From a virus, in IMG/VR virus record IMGVR_UViG_3300046780_000484, positions 17,628-81,627 of that record: a stretch of DNA of 64,000 bases; one strand, written 5' to 3'. Positions within the stretch are counted from its first letter, which is position 1. Each line of letters starts with the position of its first letter. Positions 55,686 through 64,000 of the stretch are shown in pieces. Position numbers and translations under genes: made by a program. The notes beneath the pieces are model-generated. The model did not search any database. It saw nothing but the letters and a program-made list of their open reading frames with translations, and was not told the DNA's origin.

Positions 55686-55940
55686 TCAGGCGGCGGCGGG
55701 AAAGACCTCGCGCCGCCCGCGCCTGCGGGTGTGCCACTCGGCTTTCTGCACCTCGATCACCGAGTACAGCGGGTGGCGTCCCTCGCGCTTCGCCACGGGC
55801 AGGTACAGCCGCTGGCTGCCGTCGCGGGTCTTGTACCCGCGCTTCGACCACGCCGTCACCGCATCAGGGGTGACGCCGCAGAGCGCGGCGGCCTGGTCCC
55901 GGTCGATGAGGCCGTCGCCCCTGGTGATCCGCAACCTCAC
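55686..55940 (-). CDS. HTH DNA-binding protein
   Basis: DQAAALCGVTPDAVTAWSKRG; GGAGGTGA RBS. Confidence 0.8.
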   Translation of the reverse strand: MRLRITRGDGLIDRDQAAALCGVTPDAVTAWSKRGYKTRDGSQRLYLPVAKREGRHPLYSVIEVQKAEWHTRRRGRREVFPAAA

Positions 55941-55950
55941 CTCCGGGCAT

Positions 55951-55994
55951 AAAAAAAGCGTCCCGGCCAGGGATTACCTCCCGGCTCGGGACAC
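55951..55994 (-). terminator. intrinsic terminator at head of late operon
   Basis: GTCCCGAGCCGGGA...CCCTGGCCGGGAC followed by T7 on minus strand; -10-like TATAAG just upstream. Confidence 0.7.
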
Positions 55995-56051
55995 ACTTAT
56001 AGCGCAGTTCCCAACCTACTGCGAGTTTGCCTCCCTGTCCACGCCCGCCAC

Positions 56052-57062
56052 TCACGCCACGGCGGGAAGTTCTTCCAGTTCCTCGGGGGTGCGGGCCCGG
56101 TGCCGCTCGTACGCGGCGCACAGGGCGACCCATTCGCGGTACTCGGTCTCGGTCATCTTGTCGCCGCACCGGGTGCAGGCGGACCACCAGGCGGGCTCGT
56201 CCTCCCGTGACGGCAGTTCGGCGCGGACCAGGGCACGCCAGCCGCAGCCGCCTTCCGGGTCCCGGCACGGCACCCCGGACAGTTCCTCCGGCCTCTGGCG
56301 CGTCTCCCCCAGGACCGCGCGGGCGAGGTACTGCAGGGCGAGGATCTCCGTCCCCGCGTCGGCGCCGTCGAGCACCGCGACGATCCCGGCCATCCCGGCG
56401 AGGCGGGACACGTGAATGGTCCCGTCGAGCAGGTGGTCCCATAGCGACCCTTCCGCGATGCGGCGGGCCTCCATCAGGTCCATGGTGCGGTCGACCGGCT
56501 CAGGCTGCAGGGCGAGCAGGACGGACAGGTTCAGGCCCAGCATCTTCGCCGAGTCGCGCACGGCGACGAGGCCGCGCCGCTTCCGCGAGTCCTCCGTATC
56601 CCGGACCGCCAGGTCGCGGACCGCCGCGACGCGCTCCTCCCAGCAGGACAGGATCTCGCGGGTGAACCGGGTCAGGGAGTCGATGTCGAGCCGCAGCGGG
56701 ATGCGGGGGCCGAACGGGACGCGGATCACCTGGCCCTCGCGGGACGGGTTGCCGATCTCGGCGAGCAGGTGGGCGTACTGGCCGGGCATCCCGTACAGCG
56801 CGGCGGCTATGGCCGCCTGGTCGCCGGGGCAGAACGCCTGGTAGCCGAGGGCGGGCTCCTTGCGGGTCGTGCCGTTGTCCAGGGTGATGACCGTGCTCCT
56901 GGCGCACCATTCGCCGCGGGCGCAGGGCCGCTGCCCTTCGGTGGTGCCGGACGGGACGAGCGCGGCAGGGTGCCTGCGGCCGGGATGTCGCTCGTCTCGC
57001 AGGCGCAGGGATTCGGCGGAGCGGAAGTCGTAACCGGGGTTGAACTTGCGCGGCATGGGCAA
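56052..57062 (-). CDS. zinc-binding protein, possible late transcription regulator
   Basis: Cys pairs at both ends (CARGEWC/FC; PCRD...GCG...CTRCG); position upstream of late operon. Confidence 0.55.
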   Translation of the reverse strand: MPMPRKFNPGYDFRSAESLRLRDERHPGRRHPAALVPSGTTEGQRPCARGEWCARSTVITLDNGTTRKEPALGYQAFCPGDQAAIAAALYGMPGQYAHLLAEIGNPSREGQVIRVPFGPRIPLRLDIDSLTRFTREILSCWEERVAAVRDLAVRDTEDSRKRRGLVAVRDSAKMLGLNLSVLLALQPEPVDRTMDLMEARRIAEGSLWDHLLDGTIHVSRLAGMAGIVAVLDGADAGTEILALQYLARAVLGETRQRPEELSGVPCRDPEGGCGWRALVRAELPSREDEPAWWSACTRCGDKMTETEYREWVALCAAYERHRARTPEELEELPAVA

Positions 57063-57119
57063 AGTGTGGAGGAGAGTGGCGCGTGATGCAAAGCAGGGCG
57101 CGCTACGGTAGCTCGCGGG

Positions 57120-57205
57120 AAGCCGGCAGCCATGCTGGTGTCGGCAAGCGGCGGCCTAGGCGTCGCGCCCTAACGGGTACGCGGGTTCGATTCCCGCCCG
57201 GCTTC
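57120..57205 (+). tRNA. degenerate class II tRNA-like element (anticodon CUA if 6-bp stem)
   Basis: Acceptor AAGCCGG/CCGGCTT, D-stem GCC/GGC, GCGGCG-gcctagg-CGTCGC, variable arm GCCC-taac-GGGT, T-arm GCGGG-TTCGATT-CCCGC; no CCA. Confidence 0.55.
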
Positions 57206-57215
57206 CCGCGCTAGC

Positions 57216-59890
57216 ATGAGCGGAATCATGAAGGTCTACGTCTGGAATGAGCGTAACTCGGGCAAGCCGGCCGAGCCCATGGACCTGGAGGCCGCCCCCC
57301 GTGAAGGCGATACGGTCGCGCTTCGCGGGGCGGCCTGCGCGCGGGTGAAAAGGGTCCACTGGGATCTGGTAACCGGCATCGTGCACGTCTACGTGACCTA
57401 GCCGATCGTGGCCCCGGACCGTGAATCTCGCTCGAGCTTCCCGCAGGAGGGGCAGTACGTCACCGCTTCGTCTGCGTACGCGTCCCCTTGGGGATACTCC
57501 ACACGCCACCCGATGCTCTCCACGTGCCTCAAGACGACCCTCAGCCGGTCATCGCGGGTACTGTCCTCCGCCACGATGAAGTCGCCCTCGAAACAGGTGC
57601 CGCAGTCTGGGTCGTCACATCTGACGCCCAACCGCCATGGCGTTCCTTGCATGATCGCGCCTCCTTCTTTCCGGTGCCCACATGGCGGTGGGCCGTTCAG
57701 GCTAGCTAAGAAAAAGCCCGCCTGACCCCTTGCCGCCATACCGCTTGTACCGCAGGGCGACTTCGCCGCTCACGGCTTCACCGCCGGGGACCTGGACGGG
57801 ACAGCGCCGGGAGAAGCGGGCTGCGCGGGGGATGCGGCCCGGCCCGGCCTGATGCGCCGGTCGGCGAGGGCCTGCTTCGCGACCTTCTGCAGCGGTGCCC
57901 GCACCCACGCCTCCAGCGCCATCTCCAGCCCGTCATTCATGGTCGGCAGGCCGACGGCCTCGACCCTGGCCGCGACGGCGGCCATGAGGTCGTCGCGGGC
58001 CCGCAACGTCTGGACATGCCTGTCGCCGGGCCTGCACTGCGAGCGGGGCTGGTGGTGCTGGGAGCAGTAGCGCTCGCCGTTCGCGGTCATCGGGAGGTTC
58101 CGTTCCGTGAGGCGCGGATGCTGCCGGCCATCATGGCGGCGAGGATCAAGGCGGCGCCGATGCCGTAGGCGATCCACGTGGCGGTGTCGGGATGCTGCTT
58201 CCCGTCAGCCCCGGTGACGTGCCAGATCCGCAGCGGGGCCGCCGCAATCCAGCAGATGCCCGCGACGACGGGGATCGCGACCCAGATCCATGCGCCGCTC
58301 TGGAGCGGCCGGCTCCGGCACTGGACGCACCGCGGGCACGGGCAGTTATACACGTGGCTGCGCGGCGGGTAACGGTAAACAGGCTGGTTGCTCATACCGG
58401 GAGTGTAGCACGTCTTGAGGGACGTAGTGTAATACGGGTCCCGTACGGGGGAAGATTTTCTGCCCGGACGGTAGAATGGGGGTGTGACGTTCATTCCCGG
58501 AGCGCGCGAGATCCCGGACCCCGTGGCCGAGATGAACCGCCTCGCCGGCCTGCGGGACAAGCCGCAGCCGATGACGGAAGAGGACTGCACCCGCCATGGC
58601 GGCCACTGCTTCGAGGGCACTGGCGAGGCTCTCCAGTCGAGCCCTCCGCAGTACCCCGAGGTCTGCAAGCACTGCCAGAAGCGCAGGGTCGCCGTCCCGA
58701 GAGAACCGTTCGAGTACCGGGACGCTCCCTGATGGCGCACATCCTGCCCGGCCCCGACCTGTACGCCTGGTGCGAGCACGGCACCCCGCTCGGGCACTCA
58801 TGCCAGTTCTGCCGACGCGCAGAGCCAGCGCCGCCGCCAGGCCGCGGTTCCGCTTCGCCGCCTCCGGCACCATCTGGCTGGTCATGCCCTGGCTGCGGCC
58901 ACTCCTACGCCCCGTGGGTACCCGAATGCCACCACTGCCCGCAGCCGCCCGCGTTCATCACCGGGGACAACGACCCCGGCCCGATCGAGGTGGGCAGGTG
59001 ACAGCGATCCACCTGCGCGGCCTCGCGGAACGGGCTGACTGCGCCGAGCAGCCTCTCGGGCCCGGCGTGATCGTTCCGGAGACGGTCAGCGTCTACCTTG
59101 AGTTCGACCTTCGCAACGGCCCGGTCGGAACCGCCAAACTGCGCCGCGACGAGCAGGGCATCTGGGCTGACGTCACCCTCGAGCCCGACGCGCGCACCAG
59201 AAGCGCAGACCTGATGCGGCACGTCATCGGCAAAGGCGAACTCCGCAAATTGTGGCCCGCGTTCGCGATCAGCATCGCCCGCACGGTCGTCATCAAGAGC
59301 GAGGACCACCCGGCGGGCGTGATCACGGCTGGCGAAGTCGGGAACATATCCCTCTGCCGGGCCAACCGCGACCCTGATCTGCCGGGCTACGAGGTGGTGG
59401 ACGATGCTGCCGACCCCGCAGCCTGAGCAGGACGCCTCCCTCGCTGCCGCCTACAGCACCGCCCGCCGGGTGGATGACCCCGGCCCCCGGTACCGGCCGA
59501 CGCCGTACGGATGGGAGCCGACCGGCGCCTTCAAGCCGGCCGCGCCCATCCCGCCGGACCCCGCGGAACTCCTCCTCCGCCTGATCCAGGAAACCACCGA
59601 CCTCGGAGTACCCCCGAAGCGGGCCCTCAAATGGTGGACGTACATCCTCGCCAGCCTGCGGGCGTGACCTACAGCGTCACCTTCAGCAGCATCCGCTCCA
59701 GTGCAGCCACCTCGCCGGTCTCGATGAACCTCTCGCGGGCGGCCTCATACGACAGGCCGCAAGCACAACGCACCGCCTGGCCCGTATGCGGCCCCTCATG
59801 ACCCGACTCCTCCATGCACCAGCGGTCATCACCGCACGGCGCAGGACACCGGTCCCCGTGGCTGCAAACCATCCGCGTCATGACCGCCAA
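57216..59890. other. cluster of short hypothetical genes on both strands, several Cys-rich
   Basis: e.g. 57216-57401+, 57398-57652-, 57770-58090-, 58484-58732+, 58998-59426+, 59404-59667+, 59669-59890-. Confidence 0.55.
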
Positions 59891-60356
59891 GCTAGCCCAC
59901 CTGCTGTGATACGGCCTCGCGTCCGCGCGTAGACCTCCTCAGAAATCCCAGGCACGGGGCGTGACCAGGGCATGTGCGCAGGGTAACCAGGCTCACTTCA
60001 GCCGAAAATCTTGACTGGTGCGAGAGATGGCTTAGGCGCGCTCTGTGACTAGTAGGCACGGAGAGTAACCGGGTTCACTCTGGCCGAAATCTTTGCCAAA
60101 TACGAGAGGGGGCTTGGCGGTACCCCGAATCGTCCCTTTCGTCCCGCGAATCATCCTTGTACCCTGGTGTCCGTTTCCGGTGCGAGCCGGGCCCGCGGCT
60201 CTGTGCGTGCCCGTGCTGCGTCCCCTCCCCTCGCTGCGCTCTGTCCCTCCCGAGCTGTGTGCGTGCGTCTGGTGTCCGTACGGGGGGCATGTGTGCGCTG
60301 TCCTCCCCCGCGTGCGTGCGCATGGGTGCGCGTGCTGAGTTCGTGCGCCGTTCCCC

Positions 60357-60385
60357 TTGACACGCCATGTGGGACGTGGTGTAAT
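60357..60385 (+). promoter_or_regulatory. principal-sigma promoter, leaderless transcript
   Basis: TTGACA-17 nt-TGTAAT, ATG at 60392. Confidence 0.8.
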
Positions 60386-60391
60386 ACACGT

Positions 60392-60619
60392 ATGGCACGG
60401 AGCAAGAGCACGACCACCCGGCACACCTGCGGCGGTCCCGCGTTCGGACGCAAGACCCCCGGATGCCCGCGCTGTGACGAGCTCATCGGTGGCGCAGCCC
60501 CGGTGAAGTGGGCGGGTAGCCAGCGACGGCAGGATGACGAGCGCCTCGCAGCTGAGATCCGCGCGCATGACTGCACCCGCAGCCGCTGCGCCATTGTGTG
60601 CACGTTCGGCGACTGGTGA
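60392..60619 (+). CDS. small Cys-rich protein
   Basis: MARSKSTTTRHTCGG...CPRC...VCTFGDW. Confidence 0.7.
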   Translation: MARSKSTTTRHTCGGPAFGRKTPGCPRCDELIGGAAPVKWAGSQRRQDDERLAAEIRAHDCTRSRCAIVCTFGDW

Positions 60620-60632
60620 GAGAGGACACGTC

Positions 60633-60848
60633 ATGCAGGACATCAACGGACGCGAAGTCACGATCAAGGCGGCGAGCGGGTACCACGGCTACGGCAGTCG
60701 CCCGTTCAGCATCACGGCAGAGACGCGGCAGGGACGGCGCGGATTCCGCGCAACGTGGCTGCCCACGAACAACAGCGCGCGATTCGCCACGATGCGGCAG
60801 GCAACCGCGTTCATAAAGGCCCACGAGCGCATCGCCTACGGCGCCTGA
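60633..60848 (+). CDS. small hypothetical protein
   Basis: GAGAGGAC RBS; MQDINGREV... Confidence 0.65.
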   Translation: MQDINGREVTIKAASGYHGYGSRPFSITAETRQGRRGFRATWLPTNNSARFATMRQATAFIKAHERIAYGA

Positions 60849-60992
60849 CGTGAGCGACTACCAGCCGCGCCACGCGCGCCCGCTACCCGCCATATTCCGC
60901 GGCCTGGCCGACCGGATCGAGCCGGCAGGGAACCCCCGATACCGGGGACGCCACGCTGTTATTGAAGACACGCAACGAGAGGACTGACAGAC

Positions 60993-61148
60993 ATGGACTA
61001 CCCCGCGAACTACGCGAACGGCCGCTGCCCCGAGTGCGGTCGGCCGATGACCTACATTGCCGACAGCAGCGGTCACCAGCCCGGCACGTGGCTTCACGAC
61101 AAGACGGCCGACAGGGACGCCTGCCAGTCCGGTGACGGCCGGTACTGA
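60993..61148 (+). CDS. small zinc-ribbon protein
   Basis: GAGAGGAC RBS; CPECG...H...C. Confidence 0.6.
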   Translation: MDYPANYANGRCPECGRPMTYIADSSGHQPGTWLHDKTADRDACQSGDGRY

Positions 61149-61151
61149 GCA

Positions 61152-61218
61152 GCCTAGGACGAAACGCGCGCTCATCACCGCGCGTCGGCCCGTGAAACGG
61201 GCCCTGATGAGTCCAGGC
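61152..61218 (+). ncRNA. hammerhead ribozyme (type II), copy 1
   Basis: GGAC-GAAA-CGCGCG..CGCGCG-UC^-GGCCCG-ugaaa-CGGGCC-CUGAUGA-GUCC; predicted cleavage after 61186. Confidence 0.92.
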
Positions 61219-61234
61219 GAGAGGACTGAGGGAT

Positions 61235-61405
61235 ATGACGCGCAAGCAGCGTAACGAGCGGGAGCACGAGCGGCGGGAAGAGGAGCGCAAACGCGCCGGC
61301 GCGTGGGGCACGGCTGGCGAGCACGGCATGCGGTGCGCGCACTGCGGCCACGGTCCTCACGGTGACCGGTGCCCCAACTGCGAATGCGCCGACTTCGACT
61401 TCTAG
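61235..61405 (+). CDS. 56 aa protein, charged helix plus CxxC/CxxCxC
   Basis: MTRKQRNEREHERREEERKR...CAHCGH...CPNCECADFDF; between the two ribozymes. Confidence 0.65.
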   Translation: MTRKQRNEREHERREEERKRAGAWGTAGEHGMRCAHCGHGPHGDRCPNCECADFDF

Positions 61406-61466
61406 GACGAAACGCGCGGATGTCACCGCGCGTCGGCCCGTGAAACGGGCCCTGATGAGTCCAGGC
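61402..61466 (+). ncRNA. hammerhead ribozyme (type II), copy 2
   Basis: Same core and stems as copy 1 with a different stem III loop; predicted cleavage after 61434. Confidence 0.92.
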
Positions 61467-61482
61467 GAGAGGACGAGAGAAC

Positions 61483-62094
61483 ATGACGATTACGGCAGAG
61501 CGGCCGGCGCAGACGGCGAACGCAGCCAAGCGCGGGGATCTCGTGGTGTTCGAGGAGCATCACCGCGATTACGTGCTTCACGGCGAGAACCGCGAGTACA
61601 GCACGTTTACGGTAGGCGTCGTCACCAGCGTTACCCGTGACGGTCATGTCAAGATGTACCGCCGCGCCGGCAACTTCGACCAGGGCAAAGACTGGCGCGG
61701 CGAGCCTGACCGCGGCGAATCGGTTCCGTCGCGGATGGTCCGCTCGTACCTGATGAGCTCCAAGAGCATCGACGTGGCGGGGGCGCTCGCTACCGCCGCG
61801 TGCCACGTCTGGGTGACGGACACGGCGCACGAGGACAGCGCGAAGGCGTATGACTCGCTCGCGGAGGTCAAGGCCGCGCTGAAGCCTCACCTGCTCAGCG
61901 CGGCCAGCTGGCGGGAACTGCGCGACGCTGCGGCCGTCTGGGAGAAGTCGCGCCGTGAGGACTCGCCGATGCTCACCGCCGCGCTGGCGGTTGCGTACGA
62001 CGACCGTCCCAGGTACCTCGAGATGTCAGCCGCCTACCACGCGGCAGTCACCGCGGCCAATGAGGCTTACCGCACCGTGTACGCGAACGCCTAG
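61483..62094 (+). CDS. hypothetical protein
   Basis: 203 aa, GAGAGGAC upstream. Confidence 0.75.
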   Translation: MTITAERPAQTANAAKRGDLVVFEEHHRDYVLHGENREYSTFTVGVVTSVTRDGHVKMYRRAGNFDQGKDWRGEPDRGESVPSRMVRSYLMSSKSIDVAGALATAACHVWVTDTAHEDSAKAYDSLAEVKAALKPHLLSAASWRELRDAAAVWEKSRREDSPMLTAALAVAYDDRPRYLEMSAAYHAAVTAANEAYRTVYANA

Positions 62095-62199
62095 CACGAC
62101 GCAGGCTCACGGGTTACGGCCCGTGGCTTGCCCTGGGTGCCCGGAAATGGCCGGGCACCTTGGGTGGGCAGGGAAAAGACGCAGCAACGAGGAGGAGAC

Positions 62200-62508
62200 A
62201 TGGAGACGGTAGCCAGGCACAAGAAAGGCGACCTGCTGAGCACGCTGGCCGCTGGTGACCGCATGTGCTGGCACGCCGGCGCGGGCTACAGCGCCTGGGG
62301 CACCGTGACCGAGGTCAAGGAGCTGCACTACGTGGCCGGCGTCAACGGCCCGGTGTTCCACGGGATCACGGTCCTGCTCGACGTGCCGCACTTCCCGACA
62401 TTCGACAAGTGGGGATGGCCGGTTGACGAGCCGCGCACCGTCACCCGCCGGTTTGACCGCTGGGGCAGCGACATCGAGTACGCCTACACGCCGGGCGTCG
62501 CGCCGTAG
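62200..62508 (+). CDS. hypothetical protein
   Basis: GAGGAGGAG RBS; METVARHKKG... Confidence 0.7.
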   Translation: METVARHKKGDLLSTLAAGDRMCWHAGAGYSAWGTVTEVKELHYVAGVNGPVFHGITVLLDVPHFPTFDKWGWPVDEPRTVTRRFDRWGSDIEYAYTPGVAP

Positions 62509-62613
62509 CCGCATCACGGCGCGGCAGCAAAAGAAAGAAAAGACTCAACTCTTCAATTGTGCCCAACGTACACATCTTACCAGGTCAGACCACCTAAGCG
62601 AGAGGACACGCAC

Positions 62614-62923
62614 CATGCGCAGAACCGTATCCGTCACCCTGGCCGCGCTCCTGGCCGCCGGCGCCATCCTGGCCGCTACCCTCCCCGCGTCGGCTCAGCC
62701 GGCCGTGAACTGGCACCAGCGGACCTGTACCGCGTTCCGCGCCTGGGACGCGCACCGCACCCCGGGCAGGCTCACGGCGCTCGTGATCGACTCCACGCAC
62801 CTCGGCCGGAGCTACCTCAAGGCTGACGTGGGCTCGCTGTACGCGGACGCCAGCTCGCCCAGCCCGAAGGCGGCCAAGTACCTGGCGAACGACGCCGGCT
62901 ACGTCCGGCAGGACTGCGCGTAG
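62614..62923 (+). CDS. secreted hypothetical protein
   Basis: Signal peptide MRRTVSVTLAALLAAGAILAATLPASA; Cys pair. Confidence 0.7.
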
Positions 62924-62967
62924 GCGCAGCGGTCACAGACAGCAGCAACGAGAGAGGACACGCCGAG

Positions 62968-63144
62968 ATGTTGCCCAAGCCGAGCGCGCAGGATCTTGCC
63001 GAAGCGCGGAAGTCGAAGCCGGTTCACCAGCCGGCGACCGCCGAGTACCGCGAGTCATGGTCGGTCCTGAACCCTCGCGGCAGTGAGGTCTGCTACGGGA
63101 GCTACGAGGAGGCGCTAGCCGCCGCGCAGACCGGAATCTACTAG
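62968..63144 (+). CDS. small hypothetical protein
   Basis: GAGAGGAC upstream; MLPKPSAQDLAEARK... Confidence 0.55.
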   Translation: MLPKPSAQDLAEARKSKPVHQPATAEYRESWSVLNPRGSEVCYGSYEEALAAAQTGIY

Positions 63145-63157
63145 CCGCCACGTCGCC

Positions 63158-63191
63158 GAGAGGCCCGTCCCGATCCCGGGGCGGGCCTCTT
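63158..63191. terminator. hairpin terminator between convergent genes
   Basis: AGAGGCCCGTCCC...GGGGCGGGCCTCT. Confidence 0.7.
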
Positions 63192-63208
63192 CGCATGCCC
63201 GGGGACAG

Positions 63209-63460
63209 CTACGGGTCCTCCAGGTACGCCTCACGCTCGTACTCGCGCGCCCCGTAGCTAGCCGGCGCACCATCGGCAGCGGCAGAGAGGCCAGACAGCT
63301 CCTCGCGGATGATCTCGCGGACAGCATGCCGCATCGTGATCTCATCGACCGGGCCGCCAGCCGCCAGGCCCCGCCGGATCACCTCGGCGAGAGGCAGTCT
63401 TGACGCGCGCCACATGGCGTTGAGCTCGTCGGTCAGGTAAACGCTGGTACGCAGGCCCAT
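63209..63460 (-). CDS. ribbon-helix-helix DNA-binding protein
   Basis: RTSVYLTDEL...LAEVIRRGL. Confidence 0.65.
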   Translation of the reverse strand: MGLRTSVYLTDELNAMWRASRLPLAEVIRRGLAAGGPVDEITMRHAVREIIREELSGLSAAADGAPASYGAREYEREAYLEDP

Positions 63461-64000
63461 AACCACAATCGTACTACAGCCCATGTCACACACTTACCAC
63501 ACGCGCGGGGCTCAACTACGGCTGCGCGCGACTACTGCGGAGACGGGAGGCGCCTCAATCCGATCCGCTCTGGAGTGCTGCTTTGCCGTGGCGTCGATGC
63601 TGTGTCCGGGCTGGTCGTTTGTGCTGCCCGGCCTGGTCGTGCGTGTCGTCTGGGCTGGTCGCGCCGGTTGCTGGCCTGCGTGGTCGTGTCGTGGCCGCGG
63701 TTGTTCGGGGCCTGTGGCGTGCCGTGGTGGGCGTTGAGCGGTTGGGGGACGGTGGGGCGGGGTTCGGGCTGGTGTCTGCTGTGAGCTTGGCGTCTGGGCG
63801 CTCTCAGGGCTCCGGGATCGTGAGCTCGCTTGCGGCTTGCGGGTGCTTGTGTTCTTGGCGGCGAGGAGGAGAGGCGGCCGACGTTGGCTAGGTCGCTTGA
63901 CCCGGGGTTTCGCTTGGGTGGTCGCCCCATATGGCTGGGTCCGGTGTCCAGTCTTGGCGGGTTTCGTCCCAGAGCATGCCGGCGGCTTTGAGGCGGAGTT

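Noticed and set aside
61152-61466. Direct repeats read as a CRISPR array or att sites
   Set aside because: Only two copies, spacer is a 56-codon gene, no cas or integrase; fully explained as hammerheads
63532-63930. Small terminase candidate (MGRPPKRNP...)
   Set aside because: Low-complexity translation of a biased tract; no supportable assignment

Overview
High-GC actinobacteriophage (siphovirus-type) genome segment. A minus-strand late region (~57,060 down to ~500) runs: putative late regulator, large terminase, tailspike-like protein, portal-MuF-NUDIX-ParB fusion, prohead protease/scaffold, major capsid protein, an NDP-sugar/glycosyltransferase cluster, head-tail and tail genes, tape measure, tail protein and lysis genes. 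A plus-strand cassette of small genes lies at ~60.4-63.2 kb. The late region is heavily invaded: five free-standing homing endonucleases (four HNH-type, one LAGLIDADG), an ORF-less group I intron splitting the capsid gene, and a TnpB-methyltransferase-antitoxin cassette with no transposase. Most notable signals: (1) two genes in the late region whose frames are broken by 5-7 nt inserts starting with the rare TTA codon (candidate translational bypass); (2) a TnpB cassette whose predicted guide matches a displaced gene half while the resident copy is synonymously recoded (candidate RNA-guided gene drive); (3) tandem hammerhead ribozymes bracketing a small ORF. All calls come from reading motifs and base-pairing by eye; no database searches were run.
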